Positions 7,904 to 16,299 of a stretch of 64,000 bases of DNA are shown here, in pieces; positions within the stretch are counted from its first letter, which is position 1, and every line of letters starts with the position of its first letter. The position numbers were made by a program, and so were the translations under genes. Where the stretch lies: positions 1,871 to 65,870 of the forward strand of contig CAMYNW010000022.1 in the NCBI GenBank assembly GCA_947259885.1, written 5' to 3'. The notes beneath the pieces are model-generated. The model was not told the origin of the DNA. It saw nothing but the letters and a program-made list of their open reading frames with translations, and made no database searches. The stretch comes from an uncultured Gammaproteobacteria bacterium (GTDB lineage Bacteria; Pseudomonadota; Gammaproteobacteria; Arenicellales; Poriferihabitantaceae).

Positions 7904-10047
7904 TAAACACAGATAAAAGCGTCAGAGAACTGAACCGTCTGAAGCTCAAGATCAGATCGGATGTTTCCATTTCAGCCAGGACAGATGGCGCTGAGCGCAC
8001 ATTTCTAATTGAAGATTCAATCGGCGGTAAATTTTATCGCGTGGGTGAATCGGAGTATCGATTTATAAGTCTGCTCGATGGCAGCGCGACCATAGGTGAA
8101 ATACTTATCCAACTGGCGCGAGATCTGGGAGAGGCCGCCTTGACCGAGCAAGACGCGGCGGTGATCGTGAACTGGCTATCTGAGTCGCGTTTATTGCAGC
8201 CAGAGTCTGGGATCGAAGCAGATCAGATAATCGACGCACGAAGCAGCAGGGACAGTAATCGCTTTCTGCGATGGTTGAACCCGTTATTCATAAAGATCCC
8301 ATTGTGTAATCCGGATCGCTTTCTAGAGTGGTGTAAACCTCTTTCCCGGATTCTTTACTCTCCTACTGCATTTATTATCTGGTGTGTAATCGTTGTCAGT
8401 GGTCTTTATCAGGTGGTTGTCAACGCCAGCCGGTTTTCTACAGAAGCTTCAGGCGTACTTGCGGTCTCAAACTGGGCATTGCTGCTGATAGTCTGGATAG
8501 TGCTCAAAGTGATCCATGAGCTCTCACACGGATTGGTATGCAAACATTTTGGCGGGAGTGTTAACGAAGCCGGAGTGATAATGATACTGCTGGTGCCAAT
8601 AGGGTATGTGAACGCCACAAGTTCCTGGGGATTCTCTTCTCGCTGGCGACGAATCTATACGGCCGTTGCGGGAATCTATGTGGAATTTTTTATCGCCGCT
8701 GTTGCAGCGTGGGTTTGGGTCGGATCAGAACCTGGTTTGCTGCGTGCAGTCTGCTACAACACGATTGTTATCGCTAGTATTAATACGCTGTTGTTCAACG
8801 CAAACCCCCTGATGAAGTTTGACGGCTACTATGTTTTTTCCGATCTGGTCAAAATCCCTAATCTGTATCTTGAGGGCGTATCCTATGTGAAGTATCTGGC
8901 GCGCAGATATTTGCTCGGTTTGCCAATACGTTTTACAGGTCGAAGTGCCCGAGAAGATATTGTTATCCGCGTCTACGGTGTTTTGTCATTGATATGGAGG
9001 ATACTCGTGATTGCCACACTGCTGATTGCAGCAAGTGCGTTGTTTCACGGGCTTGGCCTGGTCATGGCCTTTCTGGCCCTCTGTGTAATAGTTGTGTTGC
9101 CGGGGCTGAAATTCTTGCGCTATCTGGTTTCTGGAAATCAGTACGAAAAACCACGTGCCTTTCGATTCGTCACCATGATCTCGGTGGTGGCTTTAATTAT
9201 ATATTTTGGTCTGTTCAGTTTTAAGTGGAACCAGTCAATTGCCGCGCATGGACTTGTTGAGTTTTCCTCGATCAAAGAGTACCGCACGATCTATCCTGGA
9301 GAGATACGGGCGATATTGGTCGAAGATGGCGAGGAAGTATCTGCAGGCCAAAGACTAGTTGACCTGTCGAATCCGGAGTTGGTAGTTCAGGTCGCCACTA
9401 AGCGAAACGAGCTGGAGAAAATCAGGCTCGAGCGAAAGGAGCTTTTACGTCAGAATAAGCTCGCCGCCTATCAGGCCACCAAGGAGCGTGAAACTGCCGC
9501 AAGGCGCCAGCTACTGGAGTTTGAGCAAATGCTGGCTGGACTGGAATTGACGGCGGAGTCAGAAGGGGTCGTGATTTTAAACAACCCAGATTTGTTGGTT
9601 GGCAGATACGTGAGAAATTCAGACGTACTGCTCTCGATCGCGCATTCACTGGAAAAAGAACTGCGCATTGCGCTACCGCAACGTGATGTGAGTCGTCTGC
9701 AGTTGCAGGAGGATGACAGATTTAGGTTTCTGCTACTCGGCGGTGATGCTATAGAAGCAGAAATCCAAACGATATCGCCGAGCGCCACCGATCTATTAGT
9801 CAATCCTGTCCTCACCGCGGTCGGGGGTGGACCTCTTGCAGTGCTCTCGGAAGATTCGAATCGGTTCAGGATGACAGAACCACACTTCTGGATTATCGCT
9901 AGCATTATCAACAGCACCCGAGATGTCCTCGGAGCCGGGGAGCGGGGTTTGGCGGTGTTACAGGGTGTACCTACATCTATTGGCTATCTCTGGATACGAT
10001 CTGTGAAAGACTGGATCGAGGGAATTACCAATCAGATCAAAAGATAG
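7900..10047 (+). CDS. Triple fusion: PqqD-like (RRE-like) N-terminal domain, site-2-protease family M50 membrane metalloprotease, and HlyD-like C-terminal domain
   Basis: The GTG start at 7900 overlaps the upstream stop (GTGA). The N-terminus 'YRFISLLDGSATIGEILIQLARDLGEAALTEQDAAVIVNWLSESRLL' resembles PqqD-type peptide-binding domains. The zinc motif HELSH lies at nt 8515-8529. The second S2P motif N-x2-P-x4-DG ('NANPLMKFDG') lies at nt 8797-8826. Multiple TM helices follow. The C-terminal part has coiled-coil and barrel elements: 'GEEVSAGQRLVDLSNPELVVQVATKRNELEKIRLERKELLRQNKL' and 'ESEGVVILNNPDLLVGRYV'. Confidence 0.85.
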   Translation: MINTDKSVRELNRLKLKIRSDVSISARTDGAERTFLIEDSIGGKFYRVGESEYRFISLLDGSATIGEILIQLARDLGEAALTEQDAAVIVNWLSESRLLQPESGIEADQIIDARSSRDSNRFLRWLNPLFIKIPLCNPDRFLEWCKPLSRILYSPTAFIIWCVIVVSGLYQVVVNASRFSTEASGVLAVSNWALLLIVWIVLKVIHELSHGLVCKHFGGSVNEAGVIMILLVPIGYVNATSSWGFSSRWRRIYTAVAGIYVEFFIAAVAAWVWVGSEPGLLRAVCYNTIVIASINTLLFNANPLMKFDGYYVFSDLVKIPNLYLEGVSYVKYLARRYLLGLPIRFTGRSAREDIVIRVYGVLSLIWRILVIATLLIAASALFHGLGLVMAFLALCVIVVLPGLKFLRYLVSGNQYEKPRAFRFVTMISVVALIIYFGLFSFKWNQSIAAHGLVEFSSIKEYRTIYPGEIRAILVEDGEEVSAGQRLVDLSNPELVVQVATKRNELEKIRLERKELLRQNKLAAYQATKERETAARRQLLEFEQMLAGLELTAESEGVVILNNPDLLVGRYVRNSDVLLSIAHSLEKELRIALPQRDVSRLQLQEDDRFRFLLLGGDAIEAEIQTISPSATDLLVNPVLTAVGGGPLAVLSEDSNRFRMTEPHFWIIASIINSTRDVLGAGERGLAVLQGVPTSIGYLWIRSVKDWIEGITNQIKR

Positions 10048-10063
10048 GTAATTACAGGGTAGC

Positions 10064-11968
10064 GTGAGAGTATGGCACCAATTATGGAGAAGGGACCCGG
10101 CCGGTTTCACTGCGTCTGACTTTTCGCTTGTGGAGAGGGTCAATAGTCTTTATAGCGAGCTTAACAGCCAGTCTGATTCAGAGCTTTGTGAACGGTTTCA
10201 AGCGCTCCGAAAACGCGCTGCAGATCTTACGCAGAGCCAACTGACCTTATCTGACGATCAGTTCATTGCCAATGGGTTTTCCTGTATTAAGGAAGCGGGT
10301 CGGCGTGCACTGAATATGGAACTGTATGATGTTCAGATTCTGGCTGGTATAGCGATGGTGCGTGGAAACGTGGCTGAGATGGCGACGGGAGAAGGAAAGA
10401 CACTGGTCGCGGCGTTGCCGGCCTGCGTATTCGCATTGTGGGGGAAAGGGGTGCATATTATGACCACTAATGCCTATCTGGCCCAACGTGATTGTGAGCT
10501 TATGGGGCCTCTATATCGAATGCTGGGGCTGAATGTGGGTCTTATATTCAGCCAAATGCCTCGATCTGAAAAGCACGATGCGTACCTGGCAGATATAACG
10601 TATGGCGTCGGCAATGAATTTGGTTTTGATTATTTGCGCGATCAGTCGATGCTGCACCAGATGCCCAAGGCGGCTATTGGAAGCGCGTATCGTGATCGTT
10701 TGCGCGGCCAAACTGACGAGAAGATAAAACCTCTGCAGCGTGGACACGCTTTCGCAGTGATTGATGAGGCAGATAGCGTCATGATCGATGATGCCAATTC
10801 AACATTGATTCTGAGTGGGTCATCGGGATTGCCGCACCCACAACCAGAACCTTATAAGGTGGCGAGAGCGATATTCGAAGAACTGGTTGAGAACAAAGAC
10901 TACGTGGTCGCCGATACTGAGAAGAAAGTTTCGCTTTCCAGTGCTGGTATGGAAAAAATAGTCCAGCGCCTCGATCGCGATACACGCCTGTCGTTGACAA
11001 GGCCATGGGAGACATACGTCGTTAATGCAATCTATACGGATAGATTTTACAGTCTAGACATCGACTACATCATTAAAGATGAAGCGATTCAGATAATCGA
11101 TGAGTCGACCGGACGCCGTTTGGAGGACCGCAGCTGGAGTAACGGATTGCACCAGGCGGTCGAGGCGAAAGAAGGGGTGCCGATAACGGAAGAGAGTGCA
11201 TCTTATCTGAAAATATCTCGACAGCGTTTTTTTCAATCTTACCAAGTACCCTGCAGCATGACCGGAACTGCACTTGATTGCGAACAGGAGTTCAAGCGGT
11301 TTTATCATATGAGTGTCAAGAAAGTTCCGTTACACAAGAAGAGCCGCAGGAAACACCTGCCAATTAAGTTCTTCGCCAGCCGAGAGGAAAAGCGGAAAGG
11401 AGTTTCGGCGCTGGTTCGTAAAGTCCACTTAGCTGGAATCCCGATTTTGATCGGCACACGGAATGTAAAGGATAGCGAGAGTCTCTCGGAATTGATCCAC
11501 ACAGGTGGAATCAAATGTAATGTTTTGAATGCCAGGCATGATCAATTTGAAGCAGAAATAATTAAAAAGGCTGGTAAGAAATTCGCGGTTACAGTGGCGA
11601 CCAATATGGCCGGGCGCGGAACGGATATTCCAATAGATAAAGAAGTTGAGGATCTCGGAGGTTTATTTGTGATTGTTTTCGAGCCACACCTGTCACGGCG
11701 TCTGGATCGTCAGTTTATTGGGAGATGTGCGCGACAGGGTGAACCGGGAACAGCTGTAATGTTATCGTGTCAGGACGATGAGATTTTTCAGATCGCCAGA
11801 TTCACCGGGTGGTCTTCCCTGAAAAGAAACAAACAATGGGACCCTGAGAAGCTTGCGATACAAATCCGGGGGCTGCAATCAAAACTTGATGCCGAGGCTT
11901 ATTTGAACAGACAGCAATTGATGCGGCGAGATAAGTGGCAAGCGGAACTGCTGAACAAACTTACCTAG
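10064..11968 (+). CDS. SecA-like ATPase (accessory SecA paralog), C-terminally truncated relative to canonical SecA
   Basis: The start lies 16 nt after the upstream stop. SecA motor motifs are present: Walker A 'MATGEGKTLVAALPA', DEAD-like 'VIDEADSVMIDDANSTLILSG', 'ATNMAGRGTDI' and 'RRLDRQFIGRCARQGEPG'. The N-terminus 'ERVNSLYSELNSQSDSELCERF' parallels that of SecA. The protein is only 634 aa and ends shortly after the start of the scaffold helix ('LQSKLDAEAYLNRQQLMRRDKWQAELL'). Confidence 0.85.
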   Translation: MRVWHQLWRRDPAGFTASDFSLVERVNSLYSELNSQSDSELCERFQALRKRAADLTQSQLTLSDDQFIANGFSCIKEAGRRALNMELYDVQILAGIAMVRGNVAEMATGEGKTLVAALPACVFALWGKGVHIMTTNAYLAQRDCELMGPLYRMLGLNVGLIFSQMPRSEKHDAYLADITYGVGNEFGFDYLRDQSMLHQMPKAAIGSAYRDRLRGQTDEKIKPLQRGHAFAVIDEADSVMIDDANSTLILSGSSGLPHPQPEPYKVARAIFEELVENKDYVVADTEKKVSLSSAGMEKIVQRLDRDTRLSLTRPWETYVVNAIYTDRFYSLDIDYIIKDEAIQIIDESTGRRLEDRSWSNGLHQAVEAKEGVPITEESASYLKISRQRFFQSYQVPCSMTGTALDCEQEFKRFYHMSVKKVPLHKKSRRKHLPIKFFASREEKRKGVSALVRKVHLAGIPILIGTRNVKDSESLSELIHTGGIKCNVLNARHDQFEAEIIKKAGKKFAVTVATNMAGRGTDIPIDKEVEDLGGLFVIVFEPHLSRRLDRQFIGRCARQGEPGTAVMLSCQDDEIFQIARFTGWSSLKRNKQWDPEKLAIQIRGLQSKLDAEAYLNRQQLMRRDKWQAELLNKLT

Positions 11969-12124
11969 CCATGAGATAGGGTACGAAGTAAGGTATTAGT
12001 TTACAAGTCAGCATCTTATCTTTCGACCTACAATTTGGAACTTGATTAAGCCTAACGTCGGAAAAGCTGCCGTTCACCAGAATCCCCCGAAACTCTCAAG
12101 ATGCTCCCGAGCCGACATTGATAA

Positions 12125-13099
12125 ATGGAGAACCATACGGAGATAGCCTATGCTTATAAATGCGCTGCATTCCCTTATTCAGAATATAATCAGGAAATGG
12201 TTTCGGGCAATCTTAAAGTAACTCGCCTCGCCGGTGCTCTGGGTGCGGAAGTAAAAGGCATGCCACTAGCAGATGTTGATGCTGCGCAAGTTGATATTGT
12301 TAAATCTCTGTTGCTGGAGCACCAGGTTTTGTTCTTTCCAGATCAATTTCTAGGCGTTGACGCACATGTCAATCTAGGGCGCTATTTCGGCATATTGGAA
12401 TCGCACCCAAATCTAAATAATCCTTACACTGAACATCCGGAAATTTTCGAGCTTGCAGCCAGTCACGGCGGTGTTGCAGATGAGTGGCACAGCGACATTT
12501 CATTTCAAGCCAACCCCTCCATCATGTCTATATTGAACATGATTAAATGCCCTGATGTTGGTGGTGATACGCTTTGGTCGAGCACCTACGCCGCATACGA
12601 AGGTTTGTCTGCTCCGATGAAAGATCTCCTGGACGGGCTGACCGCTCTCCATGACGCCGCCCCGCATTGTAAACCAGATATTACCGCTATCCATCCGGTA
12701 GTCCGTATTCATCCAGAAACGAACCGAAAGGCCATATTCGTTAATGAACACTTTACCCGGCGGATCGTCGAACTTAGCCATCAAGAAAGCAGACTACTCC
12801 TTGAGTATTTAATTGGCTGGATCGCCAGCCCTCGATTTACCGTCCGCTATCATTGGCAGCAGGGTGCCATAGCCATCTGGGACAACCGCTGTACTCAGCA
12901 CTATGTTTTGAGCGATTTTGATGAGGAAAGGATTATTCAAAGGGTCACAGTGATGGGGGATAACCCAAGACCAGCGGGGCCGCCTCGTTGGGAACCGTTT
13001 ACACGAACAGAAGTAACGGGTGCAACAAGTCGGTTTGACCAGCAGTTGAATAAACATTTAGGAAGGGAAGTTAACACCCTAGCAAGTAATAAAAAGTAA
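12125..13099 (+). CDS. TauD/TfdA-family Fe(II)/2-oxoglutarate-dependent dioxygenase
   Basis: 'ADEWHSDISFQANPSIMSILNMIKCPDVGGDTLWSS' carries the HxD facial-triad region. 'AIWDNRCTQHYVLSDF' is the typical C-terminal TauD motif. Confidence 0.85.
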   Translation: MENHTEIAYAYKCAAFPYSEYNQEMVSGNLKVTRLAGALGAEVKGMPLADVDAAQVDIVKSLLLEHQVLFFPDQFLGVDAHVNLGRYFGILESHPNLNNPYTEHPEIFELAASHGGVADEWHSDISFQANPSIMSILNMIKCPDVGGDTLWSSTYAAYEGLSAPMKDLLDGLTALHDAAPHCKPDITAIHPVVRIHPETNRKAIFVNEHFTRRIVELSHQESRLLLEYLIGWIASPRFTVRYHWQQGAIAIWDNRCTQHYVLSDFDEERIIQRVTVMGDNPRPAGPPRWEPFTRTEVTGATSRFDQQLNKHLGREVNTLASNKK

Positions 13100-13895
13100 A
13101 CACGGTTGATTGGTACTGAAAACTGTATCCAAAACTGAGTGGTTTTTATCGGAAGCGAATGGTTACGTCAAAACTGATACTTGAGACCGCTGCCCAATAG
13201 AAAGTGCGAAAGAATATTGACACTACCTACGTCAACGTTGTTCTCCATTTGCGCAATTTACGTATCTGCTCACTCTAGGAAAATAAAATAATTCTAGTTA
13301 CCCGACATTCGTGAAGATAATCGAAATGACTAAGTTTGCTCCGAAGCGGACTTTCATTGGAAGATGAAAACGAGTTGTTGCACTGCAACCGCAAAGTCTC
13401 AGAACGGTCCTTTTCCGCCATTAACTGAATTTCATTGAAATGCGGTTCTATGGTTCAGCCCTTAAAAAATGGACCACTATGAAAGTCCACTAGCTCTAAG
13501 TTTGACTTGGAGACTGTGAAAAGCTGACATTCCAATCATAGCCATTTGTTAAGGAGCCTCTGATTAAAACTGGACGAATCATGTTGAGGTTTAAAATGAT
13601 CGAGTTCGAGGCGGGAAACGCACGTAATAGCAGGGCTATTGCGAAGTTTTCGAAATAGGTCATTTTGGGCTCAAATTGATCGTTCATGTTTTGATCAGAG
13701 GTTCCTTAAGTATTTCGTTCGTAAAAAGTGTAAATTACCACAGAAATCTCAGCTCCTAAAGTCGCGACTCTTTCGATAATTCTACGCTCTATTTTCAAGT
13801 CAAGGTTAGCTCCCGAATCTCCGCTCTTGAACCCAACAGCAAAAGTCCTAAAATATCACCAACCCCATTCAAACCATAACATGCAGGGAAATTCA

Positions 13896-15767
13896 ATGAC
13901 GAATAAGTCGAAAACCGTAGTGTTTGACAGTAACCCCGGCCGCAACGCCCAAACTTATGGTGTGGCGCGTGAGCTCGGCACTGATATGGATTTGATCCAC
14001 GAACCATCTGTGGGTGTCATGGGTACTAAGGGCGATAGTCAATGTTATTTGGGTGTGCAGCGAAAGGTCGAAGCCATTCACGAAAATCTGCGCCAACGTC
14101 TTGGGCGCGGTGACGGTCAGATGCCAATGCGTTTGGTACAACCTGAATATACGGTTGCGACCTCGGATGGTATGCGTAACGGTACACGGGAAATGCGCTA
14201 TTCACTCATTGGTCGTGAGGTCACCCATGATACGGTTTGCGAACACCTGAGCGCGAGTGGCCTGGAAGGAACAATCGCGGTGGTTGCCTGTGACAAACCA
14301 CCGGTTGGCACTTTGGCCGGCATCCTTGAGCATGATCGACCTGCGATCATCATGTCTGATGGCCCGATCCGGCCCGGTAAAGATTCAGTAACAGCAGAGT
14401 CCATCGATATCATTAGTGGCTTCCAGGTGGCGGGTAGTCATGATACCGAGCTTAAAGACCGTATCGCTCGCGAAGCATGCCCGGGATATGGAAGTTGCGG
14501 CGGCATCTTTACCTATAACACGATGCAGACTTTTATTGCGGTTGTCGGAATGCAGCCGCTGCACATGGTTGCGCCGCCGTCAGACGACCCGCGCCGGATT
14601 AACGAATTCCCGGAACAGCTTGTTACCTACTTGAAAGGCATGATTGAACGGGGTCAAACGCCGCGCGACATCGTCACCCGTGATGCCATCCGCAACGGCG
14701 TAATTGTTGCCATGGCGATCGGCGGATCAACAAATGTCCTGTTACATGCGCCCGAAATTGCGAGAGCGGCGGGATTTCGCAGTTTTTCTGAAAACATTAT
14801 GTCGCCAGAAGAATTTAATCACTTGTCACAGTATGTGGTCCCTGTTTTAACCGACGCTCGCCCATACGGTAAATACTCCATGGTCGACATCGATGAAAAA
14901 GGCGGTGTGCAAGTAATCATCAAAGAGTTAATGGATGCAGGGCTGTTAAATGGCGATACGGAAACCTGCACCGGCGAAACACTGGCCGAGCAAATCGCGC
15001 GGCTCAATACTGCGGGACCAGATGGCACCGTGGTGTATACCGTGGAGAAACCATTCAAACCAACTGGAGGCCTGCGGGTACTAGGCGGCAATCTTTCGCC
15101 TGAATTCAGCGCAGTACTTAAACTGGCCGGCGTTGAAGGCGGGCTGGAAAACAATCGCTTTGTTGGCAAAGCTCGCATCTTTAACGGGGAACAGGGGCTG
15201 CTCGATGCACTGGAACTAACACCGGAAAGTTTCAGCAATCACGATATGGTAATTGTGCGCTATGAAGGGCCTTGTGGTGCACCAGGGATGCCGGAAATGC
15301 TTGACTCAACTTCCCGTATCACAACGCTTTGCCGTGAGAAAAACATTGTGGTAGGCATGATGACCGATGCCCGTTTTTCCGGTGGCTCTGTCGGCCTAGT
15401 AATCGGCCACGTTGGGCCAGAAGCCGCGTTGGGTGGACCAATTGCCCTTGTCGAAGATGGTGATGAGATTATCGTGGATCTCGACGCCAATCAGATCAAC
15501 TGCTCGTCATTGGATGACACGGCAATACTCAATACGCGTAAAGCGGCATGGGAAAAAATGGTTGCTGATAATGGTGGAATGCATCCCGCCTGTGGCGAAG
15601 TCGATACCCGTTTATTAAACCGGATGCGAATGTCTGCAGTTTCCGCAGTCTACGGAGCCGGAATGCATCCGGATCGAGTCCTATGGGTGCCACAACCGCG
15701 TGAAGCAGGAAAAAGTGGTTTCGTACCACACAACAAATATCGTGAGGGATCTCAGAAAGTGTTCTAA
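13896..15767 (+). CDS. IlvD/Edd-family dehydratase (dihydroxy-acid / sugar-acid dehydratase type)
   Basis: Family motifs: 'VACDKPPVGTLAG', 'CPGYGSCGGIFTYNTMQTFIAVVGMQ' (Fe-S cluster Cys region), 'MAIGGSTNVLLHAPEIA', 'DARFSGGSVGLVIGHVGPEAALGGPIALVEDGDEI'. I chose the ATG at 13896 because it follows 'cagggaa'. In-frame ATGs also occur at 13827 and 13881. Confidence 0.85.
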   Translation: MTNKSKTVVFDSNPGRNAQTYGVARELGTDMDLIHEPSVGVMGTKGDSQCYLGVQRKVEAIHENLRQRLGRGDGQMPMRLVQPEYTVATSDGMRNGTREMRYSLIGREVTHDTVCEHLSASGLEGTIAVVACDKPPVGTLAGILEHDRPAIIMSDGPIRPGKDSVTAESIDIISGFQVAGSHDTELKDRIAREACPGYGSCGGIFTYNTMQTFIAVVGMQPLHMVAPPSDDPRRINEFPEQLVTYLKGMIERGQTPRDIVTRDAIRNGVIVAMAIGGSTNVLLHAPEIARAAGFRSFSENIMSPEEFNHLSQYVVPVLTDARPYGKYSMVDIDEKGGVQVIIKELMDAGLLNGDTETCTGETLAEQIARLNTAGPDGTVVYTVEKPFKPTGGLRVLGGNLSPEFSAVLKLAGVEGGLENNRFVGKARIFNGEQGLLDALELTPESFSNHDMVIVRYEGPCGAPGMPEMLDSTSRITTLCREKNIVVGMMTDARFSGGSVGLVIGHVGPEAALGGPIALVEDGDEIIVDLDANQINCSSLDDTAILNTRKAAWEKMVADNGGMHPACGEVDTRLLNRMRMSAVSAVYGAGMHPDRVLWVPQPREAGKSGFVPHNKYREGSQKVF

Positions 15768-15874
15768 GGCAGCATGACCAGGTTGCTAGAACAAGTGGTT
15801 GTCCGAGTTTTGCTGTGGATTCAGATGGTAGATGCAACATACTAATCTTTTGTTAAAGAGAGGGAGTGTTGCAG

Positions 15875-16006
15875 ATGAAATACAGACGACGGATTCATTA
15901 CACGGATACTCAGAAAACCCAGTTGTCAGATCAGGTTGAAACTGGATATCCATACCGGTTGATCAGATCCCAACTAATACATATGAGTAGTGTTACATAT
16001 GAGTAG
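15875..16006 (+). pseudogene. 43-codon ORF, possibly the decayed N-terminal stub of an IS30-like transposase or HTH protein
   Basis: ATG at 15875 follows 'agagagggag'. The peptide 'MKYRRRIHYTDTQKTQLSDQVETGY...' resembles the '...RRR.HY(S/T)..QK...WDRW..G.S' N-termini I associate with IS30-family transposases. The HTH continuation is lost, and the ORF ends inside a duplicated 12-mer ACATATGAGTAG (15979-15990 and 15995-16006). Recognition is weak and by eye only. Confidence 0.25.
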
Positions 16007-16299
16007 ACCTCTTCGTCATGAAATAGTGCTTTTACTATTAATGTGCGCATAGATCCGGTCAGCGCTAATTCATACAGTGCCGCTTGAGGAATCAAAAGTG
16101 TGCTCCAGAGTTGATTTATTTGCTCGAATGATTACGTATTGTGTCTTGCCCCGTATACGGAGTCCTGCCGTTCAGTTAGTTTTGAGTTATTTCTTTTAAG
16201 CATATATATTTTAGGATTGAATATATAATTTCATTCCGATAAAGTTGGCTTCGAGTAGGCGAATACTTCCGCAAGAACTATGAAAACAGGAGCAGCAGA

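Noticed and set aside
13496-13687. A 63-codon minus-strand ORF in the AT-rich spacer upstream of the IlvD/Edd gene.
   Set aside because: It has no recognisable family, no convincing ribosome-binding site (the nearest AGGA is ~17 nt upstream) and atypical composition. I treat it as possible gene debris and mention it only in the spacer finding.
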